From a virus (lineage: Duplodnaviria; Caudoviricetes): DNA of 32,412 bases. Below are positions 6,642-14,894 of the stretch, piece after piece. Position 1 is the stretch's first letter, and every line of letters begins with the position of its first letter. The translations under genes and the position numbers were made by a program. The notes below the pieces were generated by a model. That model ran no database searches, had not been told where the DNA came from, and saw only the letters and a list, made by a program, of their open reading frames with translations. The stretch is from IMG/VR virus record IMGVR_UViG_3300032218_003932, positions 1 to 32,412 of that record, one strand, 5' to 3'.

Positions 6642-7428
6642 TGATTTAATATATACAGAACTTTATCCAAAAATACATTTATATACAGGATTACTTCCAG
6701 ATGTATCAAGGCTTTATGAAATTATGAAAAAATCAGAAACTGATGCTAATGGAAAATATTATTTAAAAAAATGGGATGATTGGGCGCATTTTGGAACTTA
6801 CAGTCAATCTAAAAATGATGCTGAAGAATCAGAAAAAGGACCTATATATGATGATGAAAAATATCTTGCAGATAGAGTTGTTGAAGCATACGAAAAAGCA
6901 ATTAATCATTATATCGATATTAATAATATTGATCTTCCAGAAGGTGCTGCTTTAGCGTCATCTTCATTTTCTAAATATAAAGACAATGTAAAATCTATGA
7001 GCAATAACCTTGCAATGCAATATCATACTGATTTTATTGAATCTGAAAAAGATATGCCAGGAAAAAAATTTTTTATTACATGTACAACATATATTAATGA
7101 TGATTATGATGGCGGAAGTGTAGAGTTTTATATTGATGGAGATGTTGTAAGTTATAAGCCAAAAGCGGGAGAAATTTTAGTATTTCCATCAAGAAAACCC
7201 TATTATCATGGAGTTACCAATATAACCAATGGTCAAAAATATTTTATTAGAAATTTTATAATGACTTCATTTGCAGGAACTGAAGAGTGGCTTAAAAATC
7301 AACAAGAGCGTGGAGCATTTAAATGGAATGAAATTGAAAAAGCTCGTTGTGATTATGAAAATCCAAGAAACATGCTTTATGTTGAAAATGGAAAAGTTGT
7401 TTTATATGAAGATGTTGTTAATAGCTAA
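6631..7428 (+). CDS. 2OG-Fe(II) dioxygenase, prolyl 4-hydroxylase-like, with C-terminal extension
   Basis: MQYHTD, YINDDYDGGSVEF, FPS, YHGVTNI, GQKYF. Confidence 0.9.
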   Translation: MNTNDLIYTELYPKIHLYTGLLPDVSRLYEIMKKSETDANGKYYLKKWDDWAHFGTYSQSKNDAEESEKGPIYDDEKYLADRVVEAYEKAINHYIDINNIDLPEGAALASSSFSKYKDNVKSMSNNLAMQYHTDFIESEKDMPGKKFFITCTTYINDDYDGGSVEFYIDGDVVSYKPKAGEILVFPSRKPYYHGVTNITNGQKYFIRNFIMTSFAGTEEWLKNQQERGAFKWNEIEKARCDYENPRNMLYVENGKVVLYEDVVNS

Positions 7429-7449
7429 TAAAACTGTATAATAGTATAT

Positions 7450-9843
7450 ATGTCATATATTAAAAAGGTATTAGCTGATAGACCATTAGCTTTTTGGACT
7501 CTTTCTACGCATGACCTGCCACAAAGCATGTTTAATCTTGTTACATATGGCGAACCATATGCTGGTTTTAACGACGTAGATCCTTATTCAGATATTTTGC
7601 CAGTCAATACCTCTACCTGGAAAGATTCTACTTTTAATCAATATGAACGATTTACAGGTTTTAGACTTAACGATATAGTAAATGATATAAATATAAATAC
7701 AGATTTTAATATTATTAAAAAGGGAACAGAAAGTTTATCTTTTGGCATAGAGTTTTGGTTTACCATTCCGCCAAGCAATACCGAGTATCAATCAAACCTT
7801 TTTTGGGCGCTTGACGGGGATAGTGACAGAAACGTTCTATCTATATGGAGAAGCAATGATATTATATATTTTAGATTATCTAATGATTTAAACAGCTATA
7901 CCGCATATAAACAAATAAAATCTACTGAATCTCAAATTCATTTATTTGCAGGATATTCAAATAGAACAATTCATTTATATATAAATGGAATGCCTGGAGA
8001 ATCTGTAAAACTTCCAGATAGTTTTCAATTTCTTACTGCAAGCGATAGTGCAACATATTTTCAGTTTCCAAAACAAGAGTATCCAGTAATTATGAGTTCT
8101 CTTGCTATTTATAATAAAATTTTATCGGAAGGTCAAATTAAATCTCATATACTTTGGGGTTTAAATAATGCTTCTCCAAAATCTTTTGTTAAAAATCAAG
8201 ATGCTTCATTAATAGACATAAATGAAAATATCAATAACTATTGGTATAAAAAAGATTTTAATAATCAAAAAACATTTTTAGAAGGAAATCTTAATAATTT
8301 AATTTTTGATAATGGTGCAATTACTTTAAAACCTGGACCCATTACTTCAACAGATTTTGATTTAACAAAATTAAATGCAATATCAGATCATATTTCATTA
8401 AATAATTTTTCCATCATAAGACCAATAAATTGGGTTAGTGGCGAAAGTGCAGAAATAATTAAATTAGATGGAATAGATGGTAATAATTATTTAACTGTTT
8501 CTAAAACTATAGATGACACTTTAAGTTTAAATTATATTTCAAACTCAAGCACATCAGTACTGCTAGAAACTCCAGCATTTAATGAAGATTTTTATGGAAC
8601 TTTTATTTTTTCTGTAAATGGATCTAATGCTTCTTTATATATAGATAATATAGGATCGTTTTTTACCAGCAATCTTCCCAACATGAATGTGTCTACATCT
8701 AATTTATATTATGGTTATCAAAATATAAGTGGAGATTTAATTATTTATAATACCTATGTTGATCCAAATGCTTGGGTTAATGATAATACATTTTATGAAG
8801 ATAATATAGCAATGAAAGTAAGTCAAGGACAATCAATAGTAAGAAAAATGGGATACTGGGAATATTCAATTCCAGCTTCTTTATACTATGGAGTTTTAGG
8901 AAATAGAATTTCATGGGACACAGCAACAACTTCGTATCTTGGAAATAATATAGATGATTATCAAAATTCTGTTGATAAAGGCGTGTATGTTGAAATAGAT
9001 AGAGGTTATGGATGGGAAAAAATAACTAATACTAATGTAATTTCAAATTTTTCAGGACAAGATTTTACAATAAGAGTAAGTATTTTATCTGGAGACATAA
9101 ATGCAGAGCTGGCTCCAAGAGTAGAAAATTTATCTATAGTTTTATATAAAAATTTAAATATATATTCTGATGATGCAAGATATATTGTTGTTCCATCAGA
9201 TTATTCTACTTATGTATTAAAAAACAATGATTTTAATGTTCTTTCACGTTCAAACAATCTTGGAATAAAACTTGGCATCCAAGACGATCCTGGAGATGCT
9301 GTAATATTAATGCAAGCTACACCCTCAGCAGGATATAGAACTCTTGAATTTTGGTTTAAATTTGATGATGTTCAAAACGCAAATCAAGATCAATATATTA
9401 TAAATAATAATGTCACTGAAGAATATTTAAAATTTGACAAAGATTCCCTAGAATTAACACAAGGTGGATTTGATTCAGTTTATGTAAAGGGTCTGGATTT
9501 AAGTACAAATACAGTAACACTTATTAAAGATGAGCCATATCATATTGTATGTATTTATTCTGACAATAATCTTAACAATGTATTTTTTAATTCAGATATA
9601 AATTCAGAAAACACTTCAATAGCAAGCTATGGTCATATTGCAACATATCCAAATGCTTTGACTGAAGATGATATTAAAAATAGATATATTTCTTATATAA
9701 CAAATTTTACTGAAATTGTAGCTGGAGATTATTTAAATTCATCAAATTCCATAGGAACTATTTCAGAATACTCTGGCATATCTACAGACTATAATGCTGG
9801 AAAGCCAATTAACTCATATCAAAATGCATCCACAAAGCCGTAA
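7450..9843 (+). CDS. Virion protein with two concanavalin A/LamG-like domains (putative receptor-binding or minor tail protein)
   Basis: MSY..KVLADRPLAFW start; FGIEFWF...LYING...LAIYNKILS.GQIKSH in the N-terminal part and TLEFWF...YHIVCIY...ATYPNALT..DIK in the C-terminal part, both typical LamG patterns. Confidence 0.7.
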   Translation: MSYIKKVLADRPLAFWTLSTHDLPQSMFNLVTYGEPYAGFNDVDPYSDILPVNTSTWKDSTFNQYERFTGFRLNDIVNDININTDFNIIKKGTESLSFGIEFWFTIPPSNTEYQSNLFWALDGDSDRNVLSIWRSNDIIYFRLSNDLNSYTAYKQIKSTESQIHLFAGYSNRTIHLYINGMPGESVKLPDSFQFLTASDSATYFQFPKQEYPVIMSSLAIYNKILSEGQIKSHILWGLNNASPKSFVKNQDASLIDINENINNYWYKKDFNNQKTFLEGNLNNLIFDNGAITLKPGPITSTDFDLTKLNAISDHISLNNFSIIRPINWVSGESAEIIKLDGIDGNNYLTVSKTIDDTLSLNYISNSSTSVLLETPAFNEDFYGTFIFSVNGSNASLYIDNIGSFFTSNLPNMNVSTSNLYYGYQNISGDLIIYNTYVDPNAWVNDNTFYEDNIAMKVSQGQSIVRKMGYWEYSIPASLYYGVLGNRISWDTATTSYLGNNIDDYQNSVDKGVYVEIDRGYGWEKITNTNVISNFSGQDFTIRVSILSGDINAELAPRVENLSIVLYKNLNIYSDDARYIVVPSDYSTYVLKNNDFNVLSRSNNLGIKLGIQDDPGDAVILMQATPSAGYRTLEFWFKFDDVQNANQDQYIINNNVTEEYLKFDKDSLELTQGGFDSVYVKGLDLSTNTVTLIKDEPYHIVCIYSDNNLNNVFFNSDINSENTSIASYGHIATYPNALTEDDIKNRYISYITNFTEIVAGDYLNSSNSIGTISEYSGISTDYNAGKPINSYQNASTKP

Positions 9844-9911
9844 TTTAGTTTTTTTGTCACTTTAGTGTACAATTTATAGTAGTTCAACGAAAGAAATGGT
9901 ATTTATAAAAT

Positions 9912-10250
9912 ATGGCTAATATGAAGGTTACAGAGGTTGAAGAGGTCGGATACGGGCTCTATCTTTGGCAAATGCCAAACGAATCTTTAGTTTGCGATGA
10001 GAATGGCAACTACTTAAGCATCCCTGCTCGAAAGGGAGATATCCGTCAAATTAAAAAACTTAAAGATACAGCCAAACATTATGGAATTGACGAAGGAAAG
10101 CCAGTGTTTTTTTCGGGACACAGACAGATCACTGACGATGAACTTTTAGAGCAAAAGCAAAGACTTGACTGGGGCTTAGTCCCAGACATCTGGGATACAC
10201 CAGCATTTGTAGAAGACTTTAAACAAAAAAGAAAAATGGGGTTGATATAA
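9912..10250 (+). CDS. Conserved hypothetical phage protein upstream of portal
   Basis: 112-aa ORF (YGLYLWQMP...NYLSI...GLVPD) coupled to the portal by a TAATG overlap. Confidence 0.75.
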   Translation: MANMKVTEVEEVGYGLYLWQMPNESLVCDENGNYLSIPARKGDIRQIKKLKDTAKHYGIDEGKPVFFSGHRQITDDELLEQKQRLDWGLVPDIWDTPAFVEDFKQKRKMGLI

Positions 10251-11833
10251 TGGATAACAGATTATCAGTTATGGATGATGACGCAGATGGAGATATTAAA
10301 ATCTATTCAGAAATGGATTTTGAATTAAAACAACCAGCTCTGCAAAAGTTTGATGATCCATTTTCACAGACATGGGATGAGCTTTCTAAGATTGACGGAC
10401 TTAGTTCAACTTTCCGTCGTAAAGTAAATAGAATGCAAAAGTCTTTTACGGGTCATGATGATGCCAAGTCTAAGAAGCTTGATCCACTTGATCTTACAGG
10501 ATATTCTCTTTTTCAAATTGTGCAACCTCCATACAACGTACTTTATTTATCTCAGTTGTTTGAGATTTCTCCATATCACCACTCAGCAGTTAATGCTAAA
10601 GTTGCCAACGTAGTTGGTCTGGGATATCGTTTTGAAGAAACTCGTAAGGTAACTGAAAAGGTTCAAGCAGCAATGGACAATGCAAAGAACCTGGACAATC
10701 TTAGATTAAGAATTGAACGAGCAAAAGTAGAGCTAAGAGACTACCTAGAGTCAATGAATTCCGATGACTCTTTTCTAGACACCATGAAAAAGATTTATAC
10801 AGATCTCGAATGTACGGGAAATGCTTATCTTGAAATTGGTCGTACAAACGCTGGAAAGATTGGTTATATTGGTCATGTTCCTACTACAACTATGAGAATT
10901 CGTCGTCATAGAGATGGGTTTGTTCAAGTAGTATATAACCGTTATACATTTTTTAGAAACTTTGGAGATACAAAAACTCCAGATCAAATTGGCACAGATC
11001 CACAACCAAATGAAATTCTTCACTTCAAGCTTTACACTCCAACAAACACTTACTATGGAATTCCAAATATTCTTTCTGCAAAGAATGCAATTGCTGGTGA
11101 TGAGTTTGCTTCAAGATTCAACCTTGATTACTTTGAAAACAAGGCTGTTCCTCGTTATATTATTACAGTAAAGGGAGCAAAGCTTACCAATGATTCCGAA
11201 CGTAAGCTTCTTGAGTTTTTTCAAACTGGTTTGCGCGGAAAGAACCATAGAACTCTTTATATTCCACTTCCAAGCGATGGAGAGCAATCCCGCGTAGAGT
11301 TTAATATGGAGCCAATTGAAGCGGGAATTCAAGACTCATCTTTCCGTAACTATTCAGTTGAGAATAGAGATCGTATTTTACTTGCTCACCGTGTTCCAAT
11401 TTCTAAGATAGGAATGCCTGCAGATGTGTCCTTAGCAAACGCTAAAGACGCTGATAAGACGTTTAAAGAACAAGTGTGTCGTCCAATGCAGGAAGTTTTA
11501 GAATATAAGGTTAATAAAGTAATTAAAGATTTTACCGATATGTTTGAACTTCGCTTTGAAGAGCTTTCTCTTGTTGATGAAGAAACACAAAGTCGTATTG
11601 ATGATGCTTATCTTAAAGATAAAGTTATTCTTCCAAACGAAGTACGCTCTCGCAAGGGTCTTGCACCAATTGAAGGTGGAGATGATCCCCTTGAATTGAA
11701 ACCACAGCAAGTCGCAGAAGTAACAGCACAAGCAAAAGGATCACGGGCAAGAGATCAAAGAAGAACAGTTAACGCTCCTGACAAAATGGGAACTGGTAGA
11801 AATCCGCAAGGAGAAGGAAGAAAACAGAAATAA
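10250..11833 (+). CDS. Portal protein
   Basis: 527 aa; DLECTGNAYLEI, EILHFK...YYGIP, YFENKAVPRY, ILLAHRVP..KIG and PNEVRSRKGLAPIEGGD are portal motifs; lies before the protease and capsid. Confidence 0.92.
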   Translation: MDNRLSVMDDDADGDIKIYSEMDFELKQPALQKFDDPFSQTWDELSKIDGLSSTFRRKVNRMQKSFTGHDDAKSKKLDPLDLTGYSLFQIVQPPYNVLYLSQLFEISPYHHSAVNAKVANVVGLGYRFEETRKVTEKVQAAMDNAKNLDNLRLRIERAKVELRDYLESMNSDDSFLDTMKKIYTDLECTGNAYLEIGRTNAGKIGYIGHVPTTTMRIRRHRDGFVQVVYNRYTFFRNFGDTKTPDQIGTDPQPNEILHFKLYTPTNTYYGIPNILSAKNAIAGDEFASRFNLDYFENKAVPRYIITVKGAKLTNDSERKLLEFFQTGLRGKNHRTLYIPLPSDGEQSRVEFNMEPIEAGIQDSSFRNYSVENRDRILLAHRVPISKIGMPADVSLANAKDADKTFKEQVCRPMQEVLEYKVNKVIKDFTDMFELRFEELSLVDEETQSRIDDAYLKDKVILPNEVRSRKGLAPIEGGDDPLELKPQQVAEVTAQAKGSRARDQRRTVNAPDKMGTGRNPQGEGRKQK

Positions 11834-11867
11834 TATCACACTTTTATTTTGATTTATCTATAATTGT

Positions 11868-11876
11868 TGATATTAT
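11868..11876 (+). promoter_or_regulatory. Putative extended -10 promoter (TGATATTAT)
   Basis: TGnTAnnnT in the intergenic gap, 11 nt before ATG 11888. Confidence 0.4.
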
Positions 11877-11887
11877 TTAAATTAGAT

Positions 11888-13231
11888 ATGAATATTCAAA
11901 AAGCGCATTGGCAAAACAGCGAACATTCCATGCAATTGTCATTTCCAATTGCAAAAGTAAACAAGGAGAAAAGAACAGTCTCTGGGTTCGCATCACTAGA
12001 CAATATTGATCGTCATGGCGATATTGTAACTTCAGATGCCAGCAAAAAAGCTTTTGAAAGATTTCGTGGAAACATTCGTGAAATGCACCAACCAGTAGCG
12101 GTTGGTAAAATGCTCTCGTTTAACTATGATTCTTTTCTTGATAAGGAAAGCAATAAAACTTATAACGGAGTTTATGTAACTGCATACGTCTCAAAGGGTG
12201 CTCAGGACACTTGGGAAAAGGTCCTTGATGGCACCCTTACTGGTTTTTCTATTGGTGGCAACATTGTTGACTCTAAAATGGAAAAAGCAAATGACGGGTC
12301 AGGGGAAGATCGTAGAGTTATCCATGATTATGATTTGCATGAGCTGAGTCTAGTAGACTCGCCAGCAAACCCCCTGGCTAATATTTTTTCCATTCAAAAA
12401 ACAGATGGCGGATCAATCTTTAAAGGAATGATTGCAGACACTGTTACAGAAAATGTATTTTGGTGCAAGAATGATCAGATAGCTTCCAGCTCAATAGATG
12501 CAGCAAAAGATTGCATTGTTTGTGGAGACACAATGTCTTCCATTGGTTGGATTGAGCAGACTGATACTAATAAATTTGATTCAATAAATAAAGTTGTAGA
12601 TGCATATCTTCAAAAAGATGATGCCCCTGGTCCCACACATGAGGCTACTACACGCGAGGGCGATGCTGGTGTTATCGACTCGAAAGACACAATAAATCTA
12701 TATCCAGATCAAGTGGGTAAGAAAAAAATCACAAAAGGAGGTAATACAATGGCAGAAGAAACAAGCCATGAGGTAGTTGAGGCTACTCAGGCTGACGAAG
12801 TAACTCCACAAGAAGTAGACGAGACAGTTACAGAAGACGAAACAGTTGAGAAAGCAGTAACAGTTTCTGAAGTTGAGGCAGATGATCTTGATTTCACAAA
12901 AATGGTTAACGACCTCAAGAACTTCTTTGGTGAGACAATTGAAAAAAATTACGCTACCCAAGCTGCAACAGTTCAAGACGTTTACCGTATGGTTGAAGAA
13001 ACCAGAGCGGAAATGAAAAAGTCTATTGATGAAATTGTTGAGAAGCATGCTGAATTTAACAAGACTATTACAGAAATGTACGGGCAGATTAGTTATCTTG
13101 ATACCCGCGTTGGTAATTACGAATCAGCAACCGCAGTTAAGAAGTCTGGAGATCTTTCGGGATCTACAGAAGAAACAAAAATACAAAAAAGCATTTGGCA
13201 AGGACACTTCCTCGGTGTACGCGACCTCTAA
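11888..13231 (+). CDS. Prohead (capsid maturation) protease fused to scaffolding domain
   Basis: RTVSGFAS...DRHGDIV, NIREMHQ (His), TGFSIGG (Ser), ELSLVDSPANP (HK97-type protease); acidic coiled-coil C-terminal half. ATG 11888 preferred to TTG 11864. Confidence 0.88.
   Translation: MNIQKAHWQNSEHSMQLSFPIAKVNKEKRTVSGFASLDNIDRHGDIVTSDASKKAFERFRGNIREMHQPVAVGKMLSFNYDSFLDKESNKTYNGVYVTAYVSKGAQDTWEKVLDGTLTGFSIGGNIVDSKMEKANDGSGEDRRVIHDYDLHELSLVDSPANPLANIFSIQKTDGGSIFKGMIADTVTENVFWCKNDQIASSSIDAAKDCIVCGDTMSSIGWIEQTDTNKFDSINKVVDAYLQKDDAPGPTHEATTREGDAGVIDSKDTINLYPDQVGKKKITKGGNTMAEETSHEVVEATQADEVTPQEVDETVTEDETVEKAVTVSEVEADDLDFTKMVNDLKNFFGETIEKNYATQAATVQDVYRMVEETRAEMKKSIDEIVEKHAEFNKTITEMYGQISYLDTRVGNYESATAVKKSGDLSGSTEETKIQKSIWQGHFLGVRDL
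12749..13231 (+). CDS. Putative nested in-frame scaffolding protein
   Basis: Strong AAGGAGG (12735-12741) 7 nt before an in-frame ATG, which opens the acidic segment MAEETSHEVVE. Confidence 0.6.
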   Translation: MAEETSHEVVEATQADEVTPQEVDETVTEDETVEKAVTVSEVEADDLDFTKMVNDLKNFFGETIEKNYATQAATVQDVYRMVEETRAEMKKSIDEIVEKHAEFNKTITEMYGQISYLDTRVGNYESATAVKKSGDLSGSTEETKIQKSIWQGHFLGVRDL

Positions 13232-13257
13232 ATAAGAAAGGTAGGTGAAATAATATA

Positions 13258-14400
13258 ATGAGTAATGAACTTTTACAAAAAGTAATTGATACAACAAATC
13301 TCGGATCTGACGGAGTTAATGCTTCGGCAGACACAGCTACGCTTAGCGGTAACGGTCTTCTTTATCCAGACCAAGCTAATCGTTTTCTTGATTACATGTG
13401 GGATGCAACAATTCTTGCGAAGGCAGCTCGTACAATCCGTATGCGCTCTAACACAACAGAAATTGATCGTGTTTCCGTGGGTCAAAGAATTATGACAGTT
13501 GCACAAGAAGATAGTCCTCGTGACTATGTTGGTGCTTCTGGCACTTACGAAAATGCGGATGAAACAACATTCACTGCACAAGGTGCTACTTTCTCCAAGG
13601 TCTCGCTTACGACACGTAAGCTTCGTCTTGATTGGGAACTTTCTTCTGAATCCCTTGAAGACAATCTTGAAGGAACAGATCTCGAAGATCACATTGCACG
13701 TTTGATGGCAACTCAAGCTGGAAATGACATTGAAGATGTTCTCATCAACGGTGTTGGAACCAGCACTGGCTTGATGTCAGCATTCAAGGGTTTCCGCAAG
13801 CTTGCTATTGACAATGCACACGTTGTTGACGCAGCAGGTGCAGGACTTGACAGAAACGTTTTCAACGCTGCTATCAAGGCAATGCCACGTAAGTACAAGC
13901 AACGTCGTAATCAACTTCGATTCTTCTCGGGATCGAATTTGGTTCAAGATTATTTGTACAACCTGTCAACCTCTACAACAGCTACTCCATTTGATATCGC
14001 CTCTGGTGTTATCCGTGGTGATGTGGCTGCAAATGATGGTGGACCTGGTACTACTACTCCATTTGCATTCGGCATTCCAGTGATTAACGTTCCGTTGATG
14101 GACGAAACACTTGCAGGAACATACGCAAGCCCTTCAGGGTTACACGGTGATCTGCATTTGACGTTCCCACAGAACTTCATCATTGGTATCAAGCGTGATG
14201 TTGTTGTTTATCGTTTGTTCCAACCAAAGAAGGATACAATCGAATATACACTCTTCATCCGCGTTGGATGCGCTGTTGAAAACTATGACGCACATGTCAT
14301 CGTTAAGAACGTCAAGGTTTCAGGAACTGCAGGCGCAGCTCTTGGATCTACTACACACGGTGCTAACGTCACTGGTGGAAATTCAACCTACACATACTAA
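13258..14400 (+). CDS. Major capsid protein (HK97 fold)
   Basis: 380 aa; GLLYPDQANRFLD, ELSSESLEDNLEG, GNDIEDVLING, FGIPVINVP, LTFPQNFIIG; follows the protease; followed by a terminator. Confidence 0.93.
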   Translation: MSNELLQKVIDTTNLGSDGVNASADTATLSGNGLLYPDQANRFLDYMWDATILAKAARTIRMRSNTTEIDRVSVGQRIMTVAQEDSPRDYVGASGTYENADETTFTAQGATFSKVSLTTRKLRLDWELSSESLEDNLEGTDLEDHIARLMATQAGNDIEDVLINGVGTSTGLMSAFKGFRKLAIDNAHVVDAAGAGLDRNVFNAAIKAMPRKYKQRRNQLRFFSGSNLVQDYLYNLSTSTTATPFDIASGVIRGDVAANDGGPGTTTPFAFGIPVINVPLMDETLAGTYASPSGLHGDLHLTFPQNFIIGIKRDVVVYRLFQPKKDTIEYTLFIRVGCAVENYDAHVIVKNVKVSGTAGAALGSTTHGANVTGGNSTYTY

Positions 14401-14416
14401 TCTTTAGTTTGTGTTT

Positions 14417-14456
14417 AATAAGGAGGGGGGTTTGAATCCCCCTCCTTATTGTTTTT
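14417..14456 (+). terminator. Rho-independent terminator after the capsid gene
   Basis: Perfect 13-bp stem AATAAGGAGGGGG (14417-14429) / CCCCCTCCTTATT (14438-14450), followed by GTTTTT. Confidence 0.9.
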
Positions 14457-14457
14457 C

Positions 14458-14466
14458 TGGTATAAT
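14458..14466 (+). promoter_or_regulatory. Putative extended -10 promoter (TGGTATAAT)
   Basis: Perfect TGnTATAAT directly after the terminator. Confidence 0.55.
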
Positions 14467-14488
14467 TTAAATGAACGAGAGGAAGTTT

Positions 14489-14875
14489 ATGTCTTTTGAC
14501 ACAATGAAAATTTCTGAACTTAAGGAGCTTGCGGGTTCTTTTGGTGTAGATATCGAAAATATTAAAACAAAGAAAGAAATTATTGCATCCCTTGAAGAAG
14601 AGGGTGTTACGTACGAATCTTATGCTAAGTTTGCAGGCGCAGAGAATGTAGAAATAAAAATTGACAAAAAGAAAGAGAAGGAAATTTTGAACCCCAAGAA
14701 TACTATTTTGGTAAAGATGGAAAGAGATAATTTTTCATATCAAACAATGGGTTACACGTTTACACAAAATCATCCATTTGTTGCAATGCCAGAAGATGTT
14801 GCTCAAAAAGTTTTTGATACCGATGAAGGATTTAGGGTAGCAACACCTAGAGAAGCTCAAAATTTTTATTCTTAA
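14489..14875 (+). CDS. Small protein with N-terminal Rho-N/HeH-like helical motif
   Basis: FDTMKISELKELAGSFGVD...KKEIIASL. GAGGAAG RBS favours ATG 14489 over 14471. Confidence 0.6.
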   Translation: MSFDTMKISELKELAGSFGVDIENIKTKKEIIASLEEEGVTYESYAKFAGAENVEIKIDKKKEKEILNPKNTILVKMERDNFSYQTMGYTFTQNHPFVAMPEDVAQKVFDTDEGFRVATPREAQNFYS

Positions 14876-14894
14876 AAAATAGGAGGAATATTAA

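Noticed and set aside
1167-7428. DNA base-modification cluster (TET/JBP or AlkB type)
   Set aside because: The motifs (YxNDDYxGGxxxF, FP, H..V..G.[KR]Y) are P4H-like, and there are no methylase, kinase, glycosyltransferase or replication genes nearby. Not fully excluded.
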